60,563 bases of DNA from an uncultured Candidatus Saccharibacteria bacterium (GCA_964624785.1 CAZUXR010000003.1:1-60563); one strand, 5' to 3'; positions 38,425 to 48,043 are shown, counted from the stretch's first letter. Program-made: numbers and translations. Notes: generated by a model from the letters alone, not told the origin.

Positions 38425-38830
38425 CACCGCTATTGATTTGCGATCGGATTTGGGTGGCGGCAAGACTACGTTCGTGCGGGGCTTGGCCCAAGGAATTGGC
38501 AGTCGCGACCGCGTTTCTAGCCCAACTTTTACTTTGAGTAATATTTACAAATCCGACAATCTGCAAATTCATCACTTTGATTTTTACAGATTGGAAGATC
38601 CGGGAATTTTGTCTGAGCAGCTAGCGGAATCTTTGGATAATCCAAAAGTGATTACGGTTGTAGAATGGAGCGACATTGTTGATCATGTTTTGCCAGATGA
38701 CCGGATTAGCGTGGAATTTAAACCCGCTGCCGATAATCCGGACGAGCGAATTGTGACATTCACCTTTCCTGAATCAAAAATGCAGTTGATCGAAAAGCTG
38801 CGCAACGATCTAGCAGAAAGTCACTCATGA
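38333..38830 (+). CDS. tsaE: t6A biosynthesis ATPase TsaE
   Basis: DLGGGKTT, SSPTF, HFDFYRL, VEW. Confidence 0.92.
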   Translation: MSTGTTYVIRSIGSADTERIGELLGSLLKTNTAIDLRSDLGGGKTTFVRGLAQGIGSRDRVSSPTFTLSNIYKSDNLQIHHFDFYRLEDPGILSEQLAESLDNPKVITVVEWSDIVDHVLPDDRISVEFKPAADNPDERIVTFTFPESKMQLIEKLRNDLAESHS

Positions 38831-39216
38831 TAATTTTAACTTTGCGCACCGACAAGCCACTGGCCGAACTGGGTCTTATGAACGATTCAAAAAAAATGGC
38901 GGGTTTGGAGTGGCAGGCGCACCGCGAGCTGGCCGAGACAATCCACTTAAAGCTGGACGAACTTTGCGGTGCAGCTGGCAAATCATTAGAAGACATCGAG
39001 GGGATAGTGTGTTTTAAGGGTCCGGGCAGTTTTACCGGACTACGCATAGGGCTGACGGTCGCCAATGCTCTGAGCTATAGCTACAATATTCCAATTGTTT
39101 CTAAAACTGACAATAGCTGGATAGAAGAAGGAATAGAATCCTTGCTGTCTGGCGATAACGAAAAGATTGTCATCCCCGAATATGGTGCTCCGGCTAAGAC
39201 GACTACTCCTCGCTAG
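38827..39216 (+). CDS. tsaB: t6A biosynthesis protein TsaB (short form)
   Basis: GPGSFTGLRIG, C-terminal PEY. Confidence 0.88.
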   Translation: MIILTLRTDKPLAELGLMNDSKKMAGLEWQAHRELAETIHLKLDELCGAAGKSLEDIEGIVCFKGPGSFTGLRIGLTVANALSYSYNIPIVSKTDNSWIEEGIESLLSGDNEKIVIPEYGAPAKTTTPR

Positions 39217-39223
39217 CTCCGCA

Positions 39224-39252
39224 TTGACCAATTTGGGCTGCCAACGTATAGT
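39224..39252 (+). promoter_or_regulatory. Sigma70 promoter of rny
   Basis: TTGACC-17nt-TATAGT. Confidence 0.65.
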
Positions 39253-39406
39253 ATAAGATAGGATTTTTAGGTTTTTCTGGAGTCCCATTCGACCAATAAA
39301 TATTTGATAAGCATTTTGACCGTTTATGCTCTAGGACTAAGGAAGTGATAGTGATCGTTCTTGAGCCAAGACGGCCGCAAGATGCCCTAATGAAAGGGGT
39401 AAAGTT

Positions 39407-40921
39407 ATGATTATAGTAGCAATTGTGCTGGCTATTGTAGGCGCATTGGCTGGCGGTGCCGGTGGAGTTTATTACACAAAAAGCAAAAGCGGTAAAGCCG
39501 AAGAAGAAGTTAAAAAACAGCTAGCCAAAGCCAAAAAAGAAGCCGAAGCTCTAGTTAAAAAAGCCGAAGAAGAGGCCGCAAAACGAATCGATGAATCCAG
39601 GCGCGACGAACGCAAAAGCCGTGAAGAAATTAAAGACATGGAACGCCGATTACTGGAGCGCCAGGAATCTTTAGACAAAAAATTAGACGAACTGGACAAG
39701 CGCAACGAAAAGCTGCGCAAAGGCGAAGACGAGGTAGAAGCGCTTAAAAACGAAATTCGCACGATTCGCACCAAGCAGCAAGAAAAGCTAGAAAAAATTG
39801 CTAAATTAACTAAAGCCGATGCTGCCGACAAACTAATGCAGATGACCGAGCGCGACATTAGAAACGACCTACTTGGTCTGATCAACAAGTTGCAAAACGA
39901 AGCCAAAGAAAACGCCGAAGAAAAAGCCGCAGTTATTCTAACTACTGCCATGGAGCGCATGGCTAGCGAAGTTACGGCCGAGCGCACAATCACAGCCGTT
40001 AAGTTGGAAGACGAAGAAATGAAGGGTCGGATCATCGGTAAGGAAGGTCGCAATATCCAGGCTTTGCAGCGGGCTACTGGCGTAGACATTATGGTGGATG
40101 ACACTCCAGGAATGATTATTCTTTCCAGCTTTGACCCGGTTCGCCGCGAAGTTGCTCGCCAGGCAATGGAGATGCTACTTAAAGATGGTCGTGTTCACCC
40201 GGGCCGAATCGAAGAAGTGGTAGAAAAAGCCCAGAAGCAAGTGCAAAAAGACGTAGTTCGGGCCGGCGAAGACGCTGCGCGCGAAGTTGGCGTGATTGGA
40301 ATTCCAAAAGAAATCTTGCAGCTGCTTGGTGAGCTAAAATACCGCACAAGTTACGGCCAGAATGTGTTGAAGCACAGCACCGAAATGGCTCAGATGGCCG
40401 GTGTGTTGGCAGACGAACTTGGCGCGGATATAAAAATCGCCAAATACGCCGCTCTAACGCACGACATGGGCAAAGCTCTAACCCATAAAATAGAAGGCAA
40501 ACACCATCACATTAGCGGCGAAATGCTGCGCAAATATGGCGCCCCAGAAGCAGTTGCCCTAGCGGCCGAACAACACCACGACGACATGGAAGCCACAACT
40601 TTAGAAGCCCTGATTATCCGCGTGGTTGACGCCGTAAGCGCAGCCCGACCTGGTGCTCGCAACATTAGCGTAGAAAACTTCTCGGAGCGCATGCGCGACC
40701 TAGAAAACACCGCGCTTGGTTTTGACGGAATAGAAAAAGCCTACGCTATTAGCGCTGGCCGCGAAGTCCGCGTGTTCGTACAGCCTAAATCTATCGACGA
40801 CCTGCAGGCTATCAAACTAGCCCGCGACATTGCCAACAAGATCGAATCCACCATGCAATATCCGGGCACGATCAAGATTAATGTTATTCGCGAGACTAGA
40901 GCTATAGAGTTTGCTAAGTAA
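39407..40921 (+). CDS. rny: Ribonuclease Y
   Basis: TM, coiled coil, KH (KGRIIGKEGRNI), HD (HDMGK), SAARPGAR. Confidence 0.97.
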   Translation: MIIVAIVLAIVGALAGGAGGVYYTKSKSGKAEEEVKKQLAKAKKEAEALVKKAEEEAAKRIDESRRDERKSREEIKDMERRLLERQESLDKKLDELDKRNEKLRKGEDEVEALKNEIRTIRTKQQEKLEKIAKLTKADAADKLMQMTERDIRNDLLGLINKLQNEAKENAEEKAAVILTTAMERMASEVTAERTITAVKLEDEEMKGRIIGKEGRNIQALQRATGVDIMVDDTPGMIILSSFDPVRREVARQAMEMLLKDGRVHPGRIEEVVEKAQKQVQKDVVRAGEDAAREVGVIGIPKEILQLLGELKYRTSYGQNVLKHSTEMAQMAGVLADELGADIKIAKYAALTHDMGKALTHKIEGKHHHISGEMLRKYGAPEAVALAAEQHHDDMEATTLEALIIRVVDAVSAARPGARNISVENFSERMRDLENTALGFDGIEKAYAISAGREVRVFVQPKSIDDLQAIKLARDIANKIESTMQYPGTIKINVIRETRAIEFAK

Positions 40922-40936
40922 ATAAAATAGGTTTGT

Positions 40937-41770
40937 TTAGCCTTCGTTTTTGGCGTGATAGTACAGGGTGGTTGTAAAAACGCCGCCGAGTACTTTGATG
41001 ATTATGAACGAGCTTAGCCAAAGGACTGCACTCACAAACCAGCCGACGTAGCTTGCCGAGCTGCTGTTAAACCAATAATGTTCGACTATTTTTGGCAGGA
41101 AACCTATCGCCCCAACAATTAAAAACGCTACATACATTCCTGATTTAATTACCAGGTTTTCGCGCCAAGCTTTGCCTAGCGTGTTCACGGCCGTTTTGAT
41201 TGATTCCATAGCGCTTGAATTGTCTGTCATTATAACTGGCGCCAGCTGAGCAGTACTCATAGAAAGTGCGCTGCCGGTTAGTTCCATAGAATCTCTAACT
41301 TGCCCGCTTAATTTTTGGTGTTGGGCAAGAACGGTCAGGGGAATATAAATAATGGTCAGAGCGCCAAAGTGGATTATTCTACGCCAGTACTTAGCGACCG
41401 ATGCTAGACTATGCAGGAATGGCGCAGGGTGGTCTTCTATGCCGGCTATAACAGCAGCACTTGCGGCGCATGTAAAAAATGCCAGCACGATATTCAGATA
41501 AATATAGCCGGAGATTGCCGCACCAAAGCCTAGTAAAAGATTTGCCGTGTGGTGATCGGCGGCAAAGACGGCGTCGTTGGATAGCCTGTCCGCGATATTA
41601 AGCAAAATTCCATTCACCGCAGCAAAGCTCACCGATATCACCCATGCAGCGGCAAGAGGGTAGAGGAGTATGGACGGGTTTTTCCTAATAACGTCACCAG
41701 CCTGTTTTGTAACACGCCAAGCTCGATGCAAAATGGGCGGCAGAGATTTAATAGTTTGAATAATCGGCAT
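40937..41770 (-). CDS. Hypothetical membrane protein
   Basis: About 6 TM segments; start uncertain (41770 or 41800). Confidence 0.7.
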   Translation of the reverse strand: MPIIQTIKSLPPILHRAWRVTKQAGDVIRKNPSILLYPLAAAWVISVSFAAVNGILLNIADRLSNDAVFAADHHTANLLLGFGAAISGYIYLNIVLAFFTCAASAAVIAGIEDHPAPFLHSLASVAKYWRRIIHFGALTIIYIPLTVLAQHQKLSGQVRDSMELTGSALSMSTAQLAPVIMTDNSSAMESIKTAVNTLGKAWRENLVIKSGMYVAFLIVGAIGFLPKIVEHYWFNSSSASYVGWFVSAVLWLSSFIIIKVLGGVFTTTLYYHAKNEG

Positions 41771-41859
41771 AAATAATTGATTACATTGTACCAATACCAA
41801 TCAATTCCCCCCAAAGAACAGCCGAATCCAAACTACATATTACACAATATTATCCACTC

Positions 41860-41932
41860 CCAGGAGGTCTGACCTCCTTGTCCTCCTTGTCTGACCTCCT
41901 TGTGGACCTCTTTGTCCAGGTCCAGGAGGTCT
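41860..41932. repeat. REP-like palindromic/tandem repeat cluster
   Basis: AGGAGGTCTGACCTCCT palindrome, three CCTCCTTGT units plus one variant, CCAGGAGGTCT at both ends. Confidence 0.7.
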
Positions 41933-41954
41933 AATCCTAGACCCGTTACTTATA

Positions 41955-42611
41955 TTAGATTTCGCCATTCCATTCTTTATAAAACTCGTCCAAGAATTCT
42001 TCCATATACTTATGTCGTCGTTCTGCCATTTTCTTACCTGTTTCTGTTTGCATAAGGTCTTTTAAGAGCAGTAACTTTTCGTAGAAGTGGTTAACTGTAT
42101 GTGATTTATTGTTTTTATACTCCTCAAATGTAGAGTGCATAACAGGCTTTTGGTCTGGTTCGTAAATAGGACGATTTTTACTTCCGCCGTAGGCAAATGT
42201 CCTTGCCACTCCTATAGCACCAATAGCGTCCAGCTTATCAGCATCAAATACAATTTTTGCTTCAAGAGTTTTCAAGCCTAGATCAACCTGTGCGCCCTTA
42301 AATGACGTATCTCTGATAATATCTTCAATGTGCGTTATGATTTCGTTATCAACTTCAAGGCTTTCAAGCCATTCTCTGGCAGCCTTCGGTCCTGCTTCCA
42401 AGTCGCCATCTGCAAACTTCCAGTCAGCTATGTCGTGCAATAAAGCGCCAAGCTCAACGGTTAATTTGCCTGTGCCTGACTCGTTATTTGAAATGGTCTT
42501 CGCAATTTGCCACACCCGATAAACGTGCCACCAATCGTGTCCCGTACCTTCACCCAGCATTTTCTGTTTAATAAAATCGGCTGTTTTGGAAATTAGGTCT
42601 TCGTTATTCAC
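41955..42611 (-). CDS. HD-domain phosphohydrolase (YedJ-like)
   Basis: GHDWWHVYRV, LLHDIAD, DADKLDAIGAIG, HFYEKLL. Confidence 0.9.
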   Translation of the reverse strand: MNNEDLISKTADFIKQKMLGEGTGHDWWHVYRVWQIAKTISNNESGTGKLTVELGALLHDIADWKFADGDLEAGPKAAREWLESLEVDNEIITHIEDIIRDTSFKGAQVDLGLKTLEAKIVFDADKLDAIGAIGVARTFAYGGSKNRPIYEPDQKPVMHSTFEEYKNNKSHTVNHFYEKLLLLKDLMQTETGKKMAERRHKYMEEFLDEFYKEWNGEI

Positions 42612-42817
42612 AGGTTAATCATAGCAGAACCTAAGGTCCATGGTACACGAGGACTGTCCTATAATATTCTAACAGATGGATTTTGTGATTTTGGTCGTGT
42701 GGAAGGGGCGGCGCACACCTTGCAGCTGTGCTCAAAATGGATTTTTGCGCGCTGCCTTGATGACCGAACCTTCACCACAAGCATATAAAAAGCCCACCAA
42801 ATGGTGAGCATTTTATA

Positions 42818-42894
42818 TGGTCGGGGTGAAAGGACTCGAACCTTCGACCTCTCGGTCCCAAACCGAGCGCGCTAGCCAACTGCGCCACACCCCG
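42818..42894 (-). tRNA. tRNA-Pro(UGG)
   Basis: CGGGGTG...; loop TT-TGG-GA; GTTCGA; CCA. Confidence 0.96.
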
Positions 42895-42949
42895 ACAACT
42901 ATCACAAACTATGTTCTTATTGTAACAAAATACGCTAGAATATACAGAG

Positions 42950-43588
42950 ATGAACATATTAATCTGCTTAGCTGGGGTTTTTGTCATTTTGGTTACCCAT
43001 GAATTTTTGCGCCGCAAAAAACTGCTCAAGCCGGAATTTCGTCGTAAATTCGTCCATGCTAGCGTAGGTACATTTATAGCTTTTTGGCCTTGGCTGCTTA
43101 GCTGGAATACAATTCAAATTCTTGGCGCGGCCATGTTGCTGGGAGTTTTGGTTAATAGAAAATACAAATTAATACATTTTAACGATCCCAGAAAGGGCGA
43201 TTACGGCGATATTCTTTTTGCCGCGGTGATTATAGTTTGCGCAATGCTTACTGATGTGCGGATATTCTTTGCTATCGCCATGCTGCAAATGTCCATTGCC
43301 GATACGTTGGCCGCGCTGGTGGGCAAAAGCGTTCGCCGCACATGGCAGTATTTTGTATTTGGTCAGCCAAAGACGGTGATTGGTTCTATGACTTTTTGGA
43401 CTACGTCTTTAATAATTTTTGGAATCGGCGGATTGCTAGCGCACGGAACAATCCCGTTCGAGCATTACCCCATATTACTTTTGGCGGCCCCGCCCGCGCT
43501 TACTTTTTTAGAAGCAGTGTCTGTTAAAGGAACAGACAAATTTACTGTGCCGCTAGCCACAATAATCGCTCTTAATTTAGTAAGTTAG
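42950..43588 (+). CDS. CTP-dependent polyprenol/phytol/dolichol kinase-like membrane protein
   Basis: RKFVH, ADTLAALVG, KTVIGS, E..S.KGTD. Confidence 0.8.
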   Translation: MNILICLAGVFVILVTHEFLRRKKLLKPEFRRKFVHASVGTFIAFWPWLLSWNTIQILGAAMLLGVLVNRKYKLIHFNDPRKGDYGDILFAAVIIVCAMLTDVRIFFAIAMLQMSIADTLAALVGKSVRRTWQYFVFGQPKTVIGSMTFWTTSLIIFGIGGLLAHGTIPFEHYPILLLAAPPALTFLEAVSVKGTDKFTVPLATIIALNLVS

Positions 43589-44090
43589 GCTTCGCCGATT
43601 AGGACTCCGGCGGCAAAAACTAACGCGCCGCCAACTACAACCTGTAACATGGAAAGCCAAAACCTCATTTGGAAATACCGATAGCGAATATAGGCAATGG
43701 TCACCAGTTCTGTTGCCACAATTAGATAAGCAACAATTAACGCAGTATGAAGATCAGCCATTAAAAAGGGCAAAGTGTGGAATATGCCGCCTAGGAAGGT
43801 CATCAAGCCAATAATTACTCCGCGCCTAAACGGGTGACCGCGGCCCGTTAGTTTGCCATCGTCACTCAACGCCTCGGCAAAAGCCATACTAATACCTGCG
43901 CCAACTGCTGCGGAAACGCCAACCACAAAAGCAATGTGTGGTTTTCTGGTAGCAAAAGCTGCCGCAAAAATCGGCGCAAGCGTGCTAACAGACCCATCCA
44001 TTAATCCGGCTAATCCCGGCTGGACAGTTTGTAGCACGAATACATTGTCTTCTTGTTTTTTACTACTCATAGGGGGTTCGTGTAAATTCA
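43585..44090 (-). CDS. VIT1/CCC1-like membrane protein (erythrin-VIT C-terminal type)
   Basis: [33 protein letters not shown]; true start must lie downstream of tRNA-His (44090 or 44071). Confidence 0.85.
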
Positions 44091-44168
44091 TGGGGTGGCT
44101 GATGGGAATTGAACCCACGACCTCCGGAACCACAACCCGGCGCTCTAACCAACTGAGCTACAGCCACC
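44091..44168 (-). tRNA. tRNA-His(GUG)
   Basis: G-1, loop TT-GTG-GT, C73, CCA. Confidence 0.96.
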
Positions 44169-44246
44169 ATAAATCCTATGCAATATTACCATAATTACCT
44201 CTGTTGTAGCAATAAAAGCAGCCGATTTAGTGGTATCATAAGCCTA

Positions 44247-45293
44247 ATGGACCATCTTGATTTAGCAGTAGTTTTTATATTGTCTGCCGTTGCGACTTGG
44301 ATTGCTGGCGTTTGGCTGACTCGTGCAGTAGATGCTATTGATACGCGATATCATTTAGGCAGTGCGTTTGGCGGCCTGCTACTTTTGGGCGTTGCTACCA
44401 GTTTGCCAGAGATCGCAATTGTAGTATCGGCAGCAGCAGACCATCACTACAGTATTATTATCGGAACCTTGCTTGGCGGGATAGCCTTGCAAACAATGCT
44501 TCTTAGTTTGTTAGATGCGCGGATGCAAATTAAATCGCCGCTTACGTATTCGGCGGCATCTTTGATTTTAGTGTTGGAAGCTACGGTAGTAATTTTGGTG
44601 TCTGCCGCCGCAATTGTTGCTATACATACCCCCGCCGTTTTGCCGGGAACATACATTAGCTTGGGCTCGATTTTTATATTTGGTCTATGGCTTTTGGGCT
44701 TATGGCTGGCATACCGCGGTCAACGTAGCCTGCCGTGGAAGAGCAAAGCTATGGGTGCAACACCGGGCCGAGGCCATATAGAACGGCATCAGGTTATTAA
44801 CCATCCTTCTTTGCGCCAAGCCTCGACATTAAAAATATTCTCGATTTTTGGTTTGTGCGCGGTTGCGATTCTGATCGCTGGTGTAAAAATTCAATCAACA
44901 GGCAATGAACTCGCCGGAGTCCTGGGCATTGGTGCTGGTTTGTTCGCGGCAACGTTCATAGCTTTTGCGGCAGCCTTGCCAGACTTTAGTACCGGAATAG
45001 CGTCTATTAAGATCGCTGATTACCGACTGGCCATGAGCGACATTTTTGGAGGTAACTCATTTTTGCCCGCACTATTTTTGGTAGGTGATTTAATTGCGGG
45101 GCAGGCTGTTTTGCAGCACGCAACAGCTACCGATACCTGGTTTGCGGCCCTTGGAATCTTGCTCACAGGGATTTATGTAATCGGCCTTATTGTGCGCCCC
45201 AAACGACTGTATTTTAATATGGGCGTAGATTCTTTAGCGGTTATAGTGATTTATGCGGCTGGGATAGCCGCACTTGCTATTACTGGTGGCTAA
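44247..45293 (+). CDS. Sodium/calcium exchanger (CaCA) family membrane protein
   Basis: ATSLPEI and AALPDF alpha-repeats, GGN; about 10 TMs. Confidence 0.85.
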   Translation: MDHLDLAVVFILSAVATWIAGVWLTRAVDAIDTRYHLGSAFGGLLLLGVATSLPEIAIVVSAAADHHYSIIIGTLLGGIALQTMLLSLLDARMQIKSPLTYSAASLILVLEATVVILVSAAAIVAIHTPAVLPGTYISLGSIFIFGLWLLGLWLAYRGQRSLPWKSKAMGATPGRGHIERHQVINHPSLRQASTLKIFSIFGLCAVAILIAGVKIQSTGNELAGVLGIGAGLFAATFIAFAAALPDFSTGIASIKIADYRLAMSDIFGGNSFLPALFLVGDLIAGQAVLQHATATDTWFAALGILLTGIYVIGLIVRPKRLYFNMGVDSLAVIVIYAAGIAALAITGG

Positions 45294-47668
45294 CTCGTAA
45301 AGTCTGCCACCGTTATTTTAATTGTAGCGCCAGCTGCGGCGCTGCCTTCTAGAATGCGTTTAGCCACAATGTTTTCTACGTACTGTTCGACCGCGCGGCG
45401 CATTGGGCGAGCACCCAACCGCGGATCGTTTCCGTTGGCAACCAGCCACTTTTTAGCCTCTTCGTCTACTTCTACTTTTACCTTTTTTTGGTCCAGAGTT
45501 TTGTTTACATCGGCAATCATTAAATCTACAACTTGCAGCAGCTCGTCTTCGTTCAAGGGCCTGAATACCAGGATTTCGTCAAAGCGATTTAAAAGTTCTG
45601 GCTTAAAATAGCCAGCCTGCATAATGCCTTCGATAAATTCCGGCTGGAATTCTGCTTGGTCGCGCCCGGCAGAAATGTATTCGCGGATTTTATCGGCACC
45701 TGCGTTGCTGGTCGCAATAATAATAGCGTCTTTAAAACTAGCAGCTTGCCCGTCGGTATCGGATATGGTGCCCTCGTCGAGCAGCTGCAAGAACACGTTA
45801 ATAATGTCTGGGTCGGCCTTTTCGATCTCGTCCAGCAAAACGACAGAAAAAGGTGTGCGGCGAATGTGTTCTAGGAATGTCATGCCCGAAGCACTGGGCG
45901 ACTTAGCGGCAAGCAATCTATTGATGTCGCCCGGGTTGATGTATTCGTTCATGTCTACCCGCACAATGCTATTTACGTCGCCAAAATAAGTAGATGCCAA
46001 AGCTTTTGCTAGTTGAGTTTTACCAACGCCGGTTGGACCAAGGAACAAAAACGCGCCAATCGGACGGTCTGGGCTGTGGGTGCCGGCTCGTGCTCGGCGC
46101 AGCGCATCGGCTACCGCTTTGACAGCGTATTTTTGGTTTATCATTTGTTTGTGTAGTTCGTCTTCTAGGTTCAGTAGCTGGGAAGATTCGGCCTGAGTGG
46201 CGGTTTGAATTTTAACGCCTTTGGCGGATTCAATAGTTTGCTGTAAGGTTTGGGCGGTTACCGGATTATTTTTGCCAGCTTTTACAGCTGCTTGCTCCAT
46301 GAGCTTCACGGCCTTGCCCGGGAAGGCTTCGCCCGTAATGTAGTGTTCGGCTAGGCGATAAGCTTCTTTAATCGCCGGATAAGTTATAACCACTTGATGT
46401 TTTGCCTCGATAAGTAGTGATTCGTCCTCTAGTATTTGGATTGTTTCTGACTGGTCTGTGGGCTGCAAAAGCTGGTAATTTATTAGTCCGGCAAGCGCGG
46501 CGTTTTCTTGCTGTAATCGTTGCCATTCGTGGGGCGACATCGCGAATATAAATCGTACACCGGTGCTTTGAATTAGGTTTTGCAGCAAATTGCTTAGATC
46601 CACCGCGCCAGTGCCCTCTTGCAAAAATACTTGGGCTTCGTCTAGGAATATAATTATGTTGCGGGCGTGGTGAGCTTCGTTGGCGATTCTAAAAATTAGT
46701 TCTTCCATTTGTCCTGGGTGGTGAGCGCTAGAAAGCAGCGTGGCGGCGTTTAGGCTAAAAATTTGGTGGTATTTAAGTTCGGTAGAAACGCCGCTAAGCA
46801 GCTGCTCTGCTAGTGCATAGACGGCTGTAGTTTTGCCGGTGCCAACTTCGCCAACAAGTGCAATGTTTGTTCGGTCGGCCTGGGACAGGACTTGCAACAT
46901 CTGGTCGACGACGACTTTGTGGCTAGGGATTGGTCGATTAACCATCCCGCTAATTTCGATTTGGCGTGATATATTGTGCCCAATTTGGTTGAGCAGGGGA
47001 GTAAAACCAACCGCCCAATCGCGGGCGATTCCACCAGTTTTACGATGAGTTTTGTACTGTTTAATAACTTGTTCTATGTGACTAACCCATGCAATCCCAG
47101 CTTCTATTTCGCTCATCTCTAATTTTTGGGCAGTTAAAGTATCTTGTGCATTCGGGGTATTCTTAAACAAGGACACAAACAAGCAGGCGGCGTTAAGTTC
47201 GTCAAAACCATTTACTTTCTGATATTCAATTGCTTGTTGCCAGACGGTACCTATGTCTATGTTCGTCTGATCCAGGTTGTCCGCGAGGGGCGGAATTCCG
47301 TAGCGCGCCAGGAAAAAGTACGTTTGCGAATGGTCTTTGATAGCGGTCCATAAATCCGCAGCCGTAGGATCTACAGAATGCAGTTTGGCTAAAACTTTCC
47401 AATCCAAAATATCGGATAAATCCTGACCTACCGTCGGCTTTAGGTTTTTGAGTTCGTTATTGTACCAAAGCAAGCTCATACCGATCCAGATGGCAGGAAT
47501 GAAAAGTAAGTAAGCCAGATTTACGCCATATACCAGATCGAATACACCCAAAGCGATCAAAAATAGCATTACTCCCCAGGCGCCCATATGCAGACTTCGT
47601 GAACTTAGATGGTGGGCGTAACGGGCTTTATGGGCGCGGTCGCTATGGATGTCTACGCCCTTATTCAT
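45290..47668 (-). CDS. ClpA/B-like double AAA+ ATPase with N-terminal TM segments
   Basis: GEVGTGKT/FLDE, FPGKA, GPTGVGKT/LLDEIEKA, PELLNRFD, GARPMRR; start set at ATG 47668. Confidence 0.9.
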   Translation of the reverse strand: MNKGVDIHSDRAHKARYAHHLSSRSLHMGAWGVMLFLIALGVFDLVYGVNLAYLLFIPAIWIGMSLLWYNNELKNLKPTVGQDLSDILDWKVLAKLHSVDPTAADLWTAIKDHSQTYFFLARYGIPPLADNLDQTNIDIGTVWQQAIEYQKVNGFDELNAACLFVSLFKNTPNAQDTLTAQKLEMSEIEAGIAWVSHIEQVIKQYKTHRKTGGIARDWAVGFTPLLNQIGHNISRQIEISGMVNRPIPSHKVVVDQMLQVLSQADRTNIALVGEVGTGKTTAVYALAEQLLSGVSTELKYHQIFSLNAATLLSSAHHPGQMEELIFRIANEAHHARNIIIFLDEAQVFLQEGTGAVDLSNLLQNLIQSTGVRFIFAMSPHEWQRLQQENAALAGLINYQLLQPTDQSETIQILEDESLLIEAKHQVVITYPAIKEAYRLAEHYITGEAFPGKAVKLMEQAAVKAGKNNPVTAQTLQQTIESAKGVKIQTATQAESSQLLNLEDELHKQMINQKYAVKAVADALRRARAGTHSPDRPIGAFLFLGPTGVGKTQLAKALASTYFGDVNSIVRVDMNEYINPGDINRLLAAKSPSASGMTFLEHIRRTPFSVVLLDEIEKADPDIINVFLQLLDEGTISDTDGQAASFKDAIIIATSNAGADKIREYISAGRDQAEFQPEFIEGIMQAGYFKPELLNRFDEILVFRPLNEDELLQVVDLMIADVNKTLDQKKVKVEVDEEAKKWLVANGNDPRLGARPMRRAVEQYVENIVAKRILEGSAAAGATIKITVADFTS

Positions 47669-48042
47669 AAAAATAAAACTCCAAGCGCTTTCGCTATTAG
47701 TGCTATGCTTGCCAGCGGAGCTAAAGGCCATGCCACTGCGATTGCAGTATTGACCATGCCGAATACGATAATAGAGACAGCCGCCGCAATAAGGGTAAAA
47801 ATTCGCACAAAAAATCCAACGGTTCTAGACATTAAGTTATCACCCAGAGCTCTAAATTTTTCTTCTATACCATCATTGGCACTTTTTTCCGTTACGATTT
47901 GCTTCCAGGGCGCGAAGAGCGTGCGCAGCAAAGTGCCACCACTAAAAGTTTGGGCAAGGGTGCTAACTCGTTTGCCTACCAACTGCCATTGTTCCATCCA
48001 GCCGGCACCGTACCACCATTTAAGCAAGTCCACAAAATACAT
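47665..48042 (-). CDS. Small membrane protein coupled to the Clp-like ATPase
   Basis: WWYG, TLFAPWK, SRTVG; 4-nt overlap with the ATPase start. Confidence 0.75.
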   Translation of the reverse strand: MYFVDLLKWWYGAGWMEQWQLVGKRVSTLAQTFSGGTLLRTLFAPWKQIVTEKSANDGIEEKFRALGDNLMSRTVGFFVRIFTLIAAAVSIIVFGMVNTAIAVAWPLAPLASIALIAKALGVLFL

Positions 48043-48043
48043 T

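Noticed and set aside
38827..39216. tsaB as a pseudogene (129 aa)
   Set aside because: Intact motif, coupled start and retained C-terminal PxY; consistent with a streamlined form
39472..40104. 210-aa antisense ORF within rny, and similar shadow ORFs in ftsH, pilB, the MFS gene and others
   Set aside because: Antisense or alternate-frame shadows of well-supported genes
41860..41932. Possible CRISPR array or 16S rRNA 3' fragment
   Set aside because: Units are about 9-13 nt with no unique spacers and no cas genes; no rRNA context beyond CCTCCTT
44091..44133. N-terminal extension of the VIT1-like ORF in the ORF track
   Set aside because: It is the tRNA-His sequence; the same applies to ORFs 42772..43029, 42817..43002 and 60227..60415, which overlie tRNAs
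47669..47731. Longer start of the Clp-like ATPase
   Set aside because: Overlaps the upstream gene; ATG 47668 gives a typical 4-nt coupled overlap
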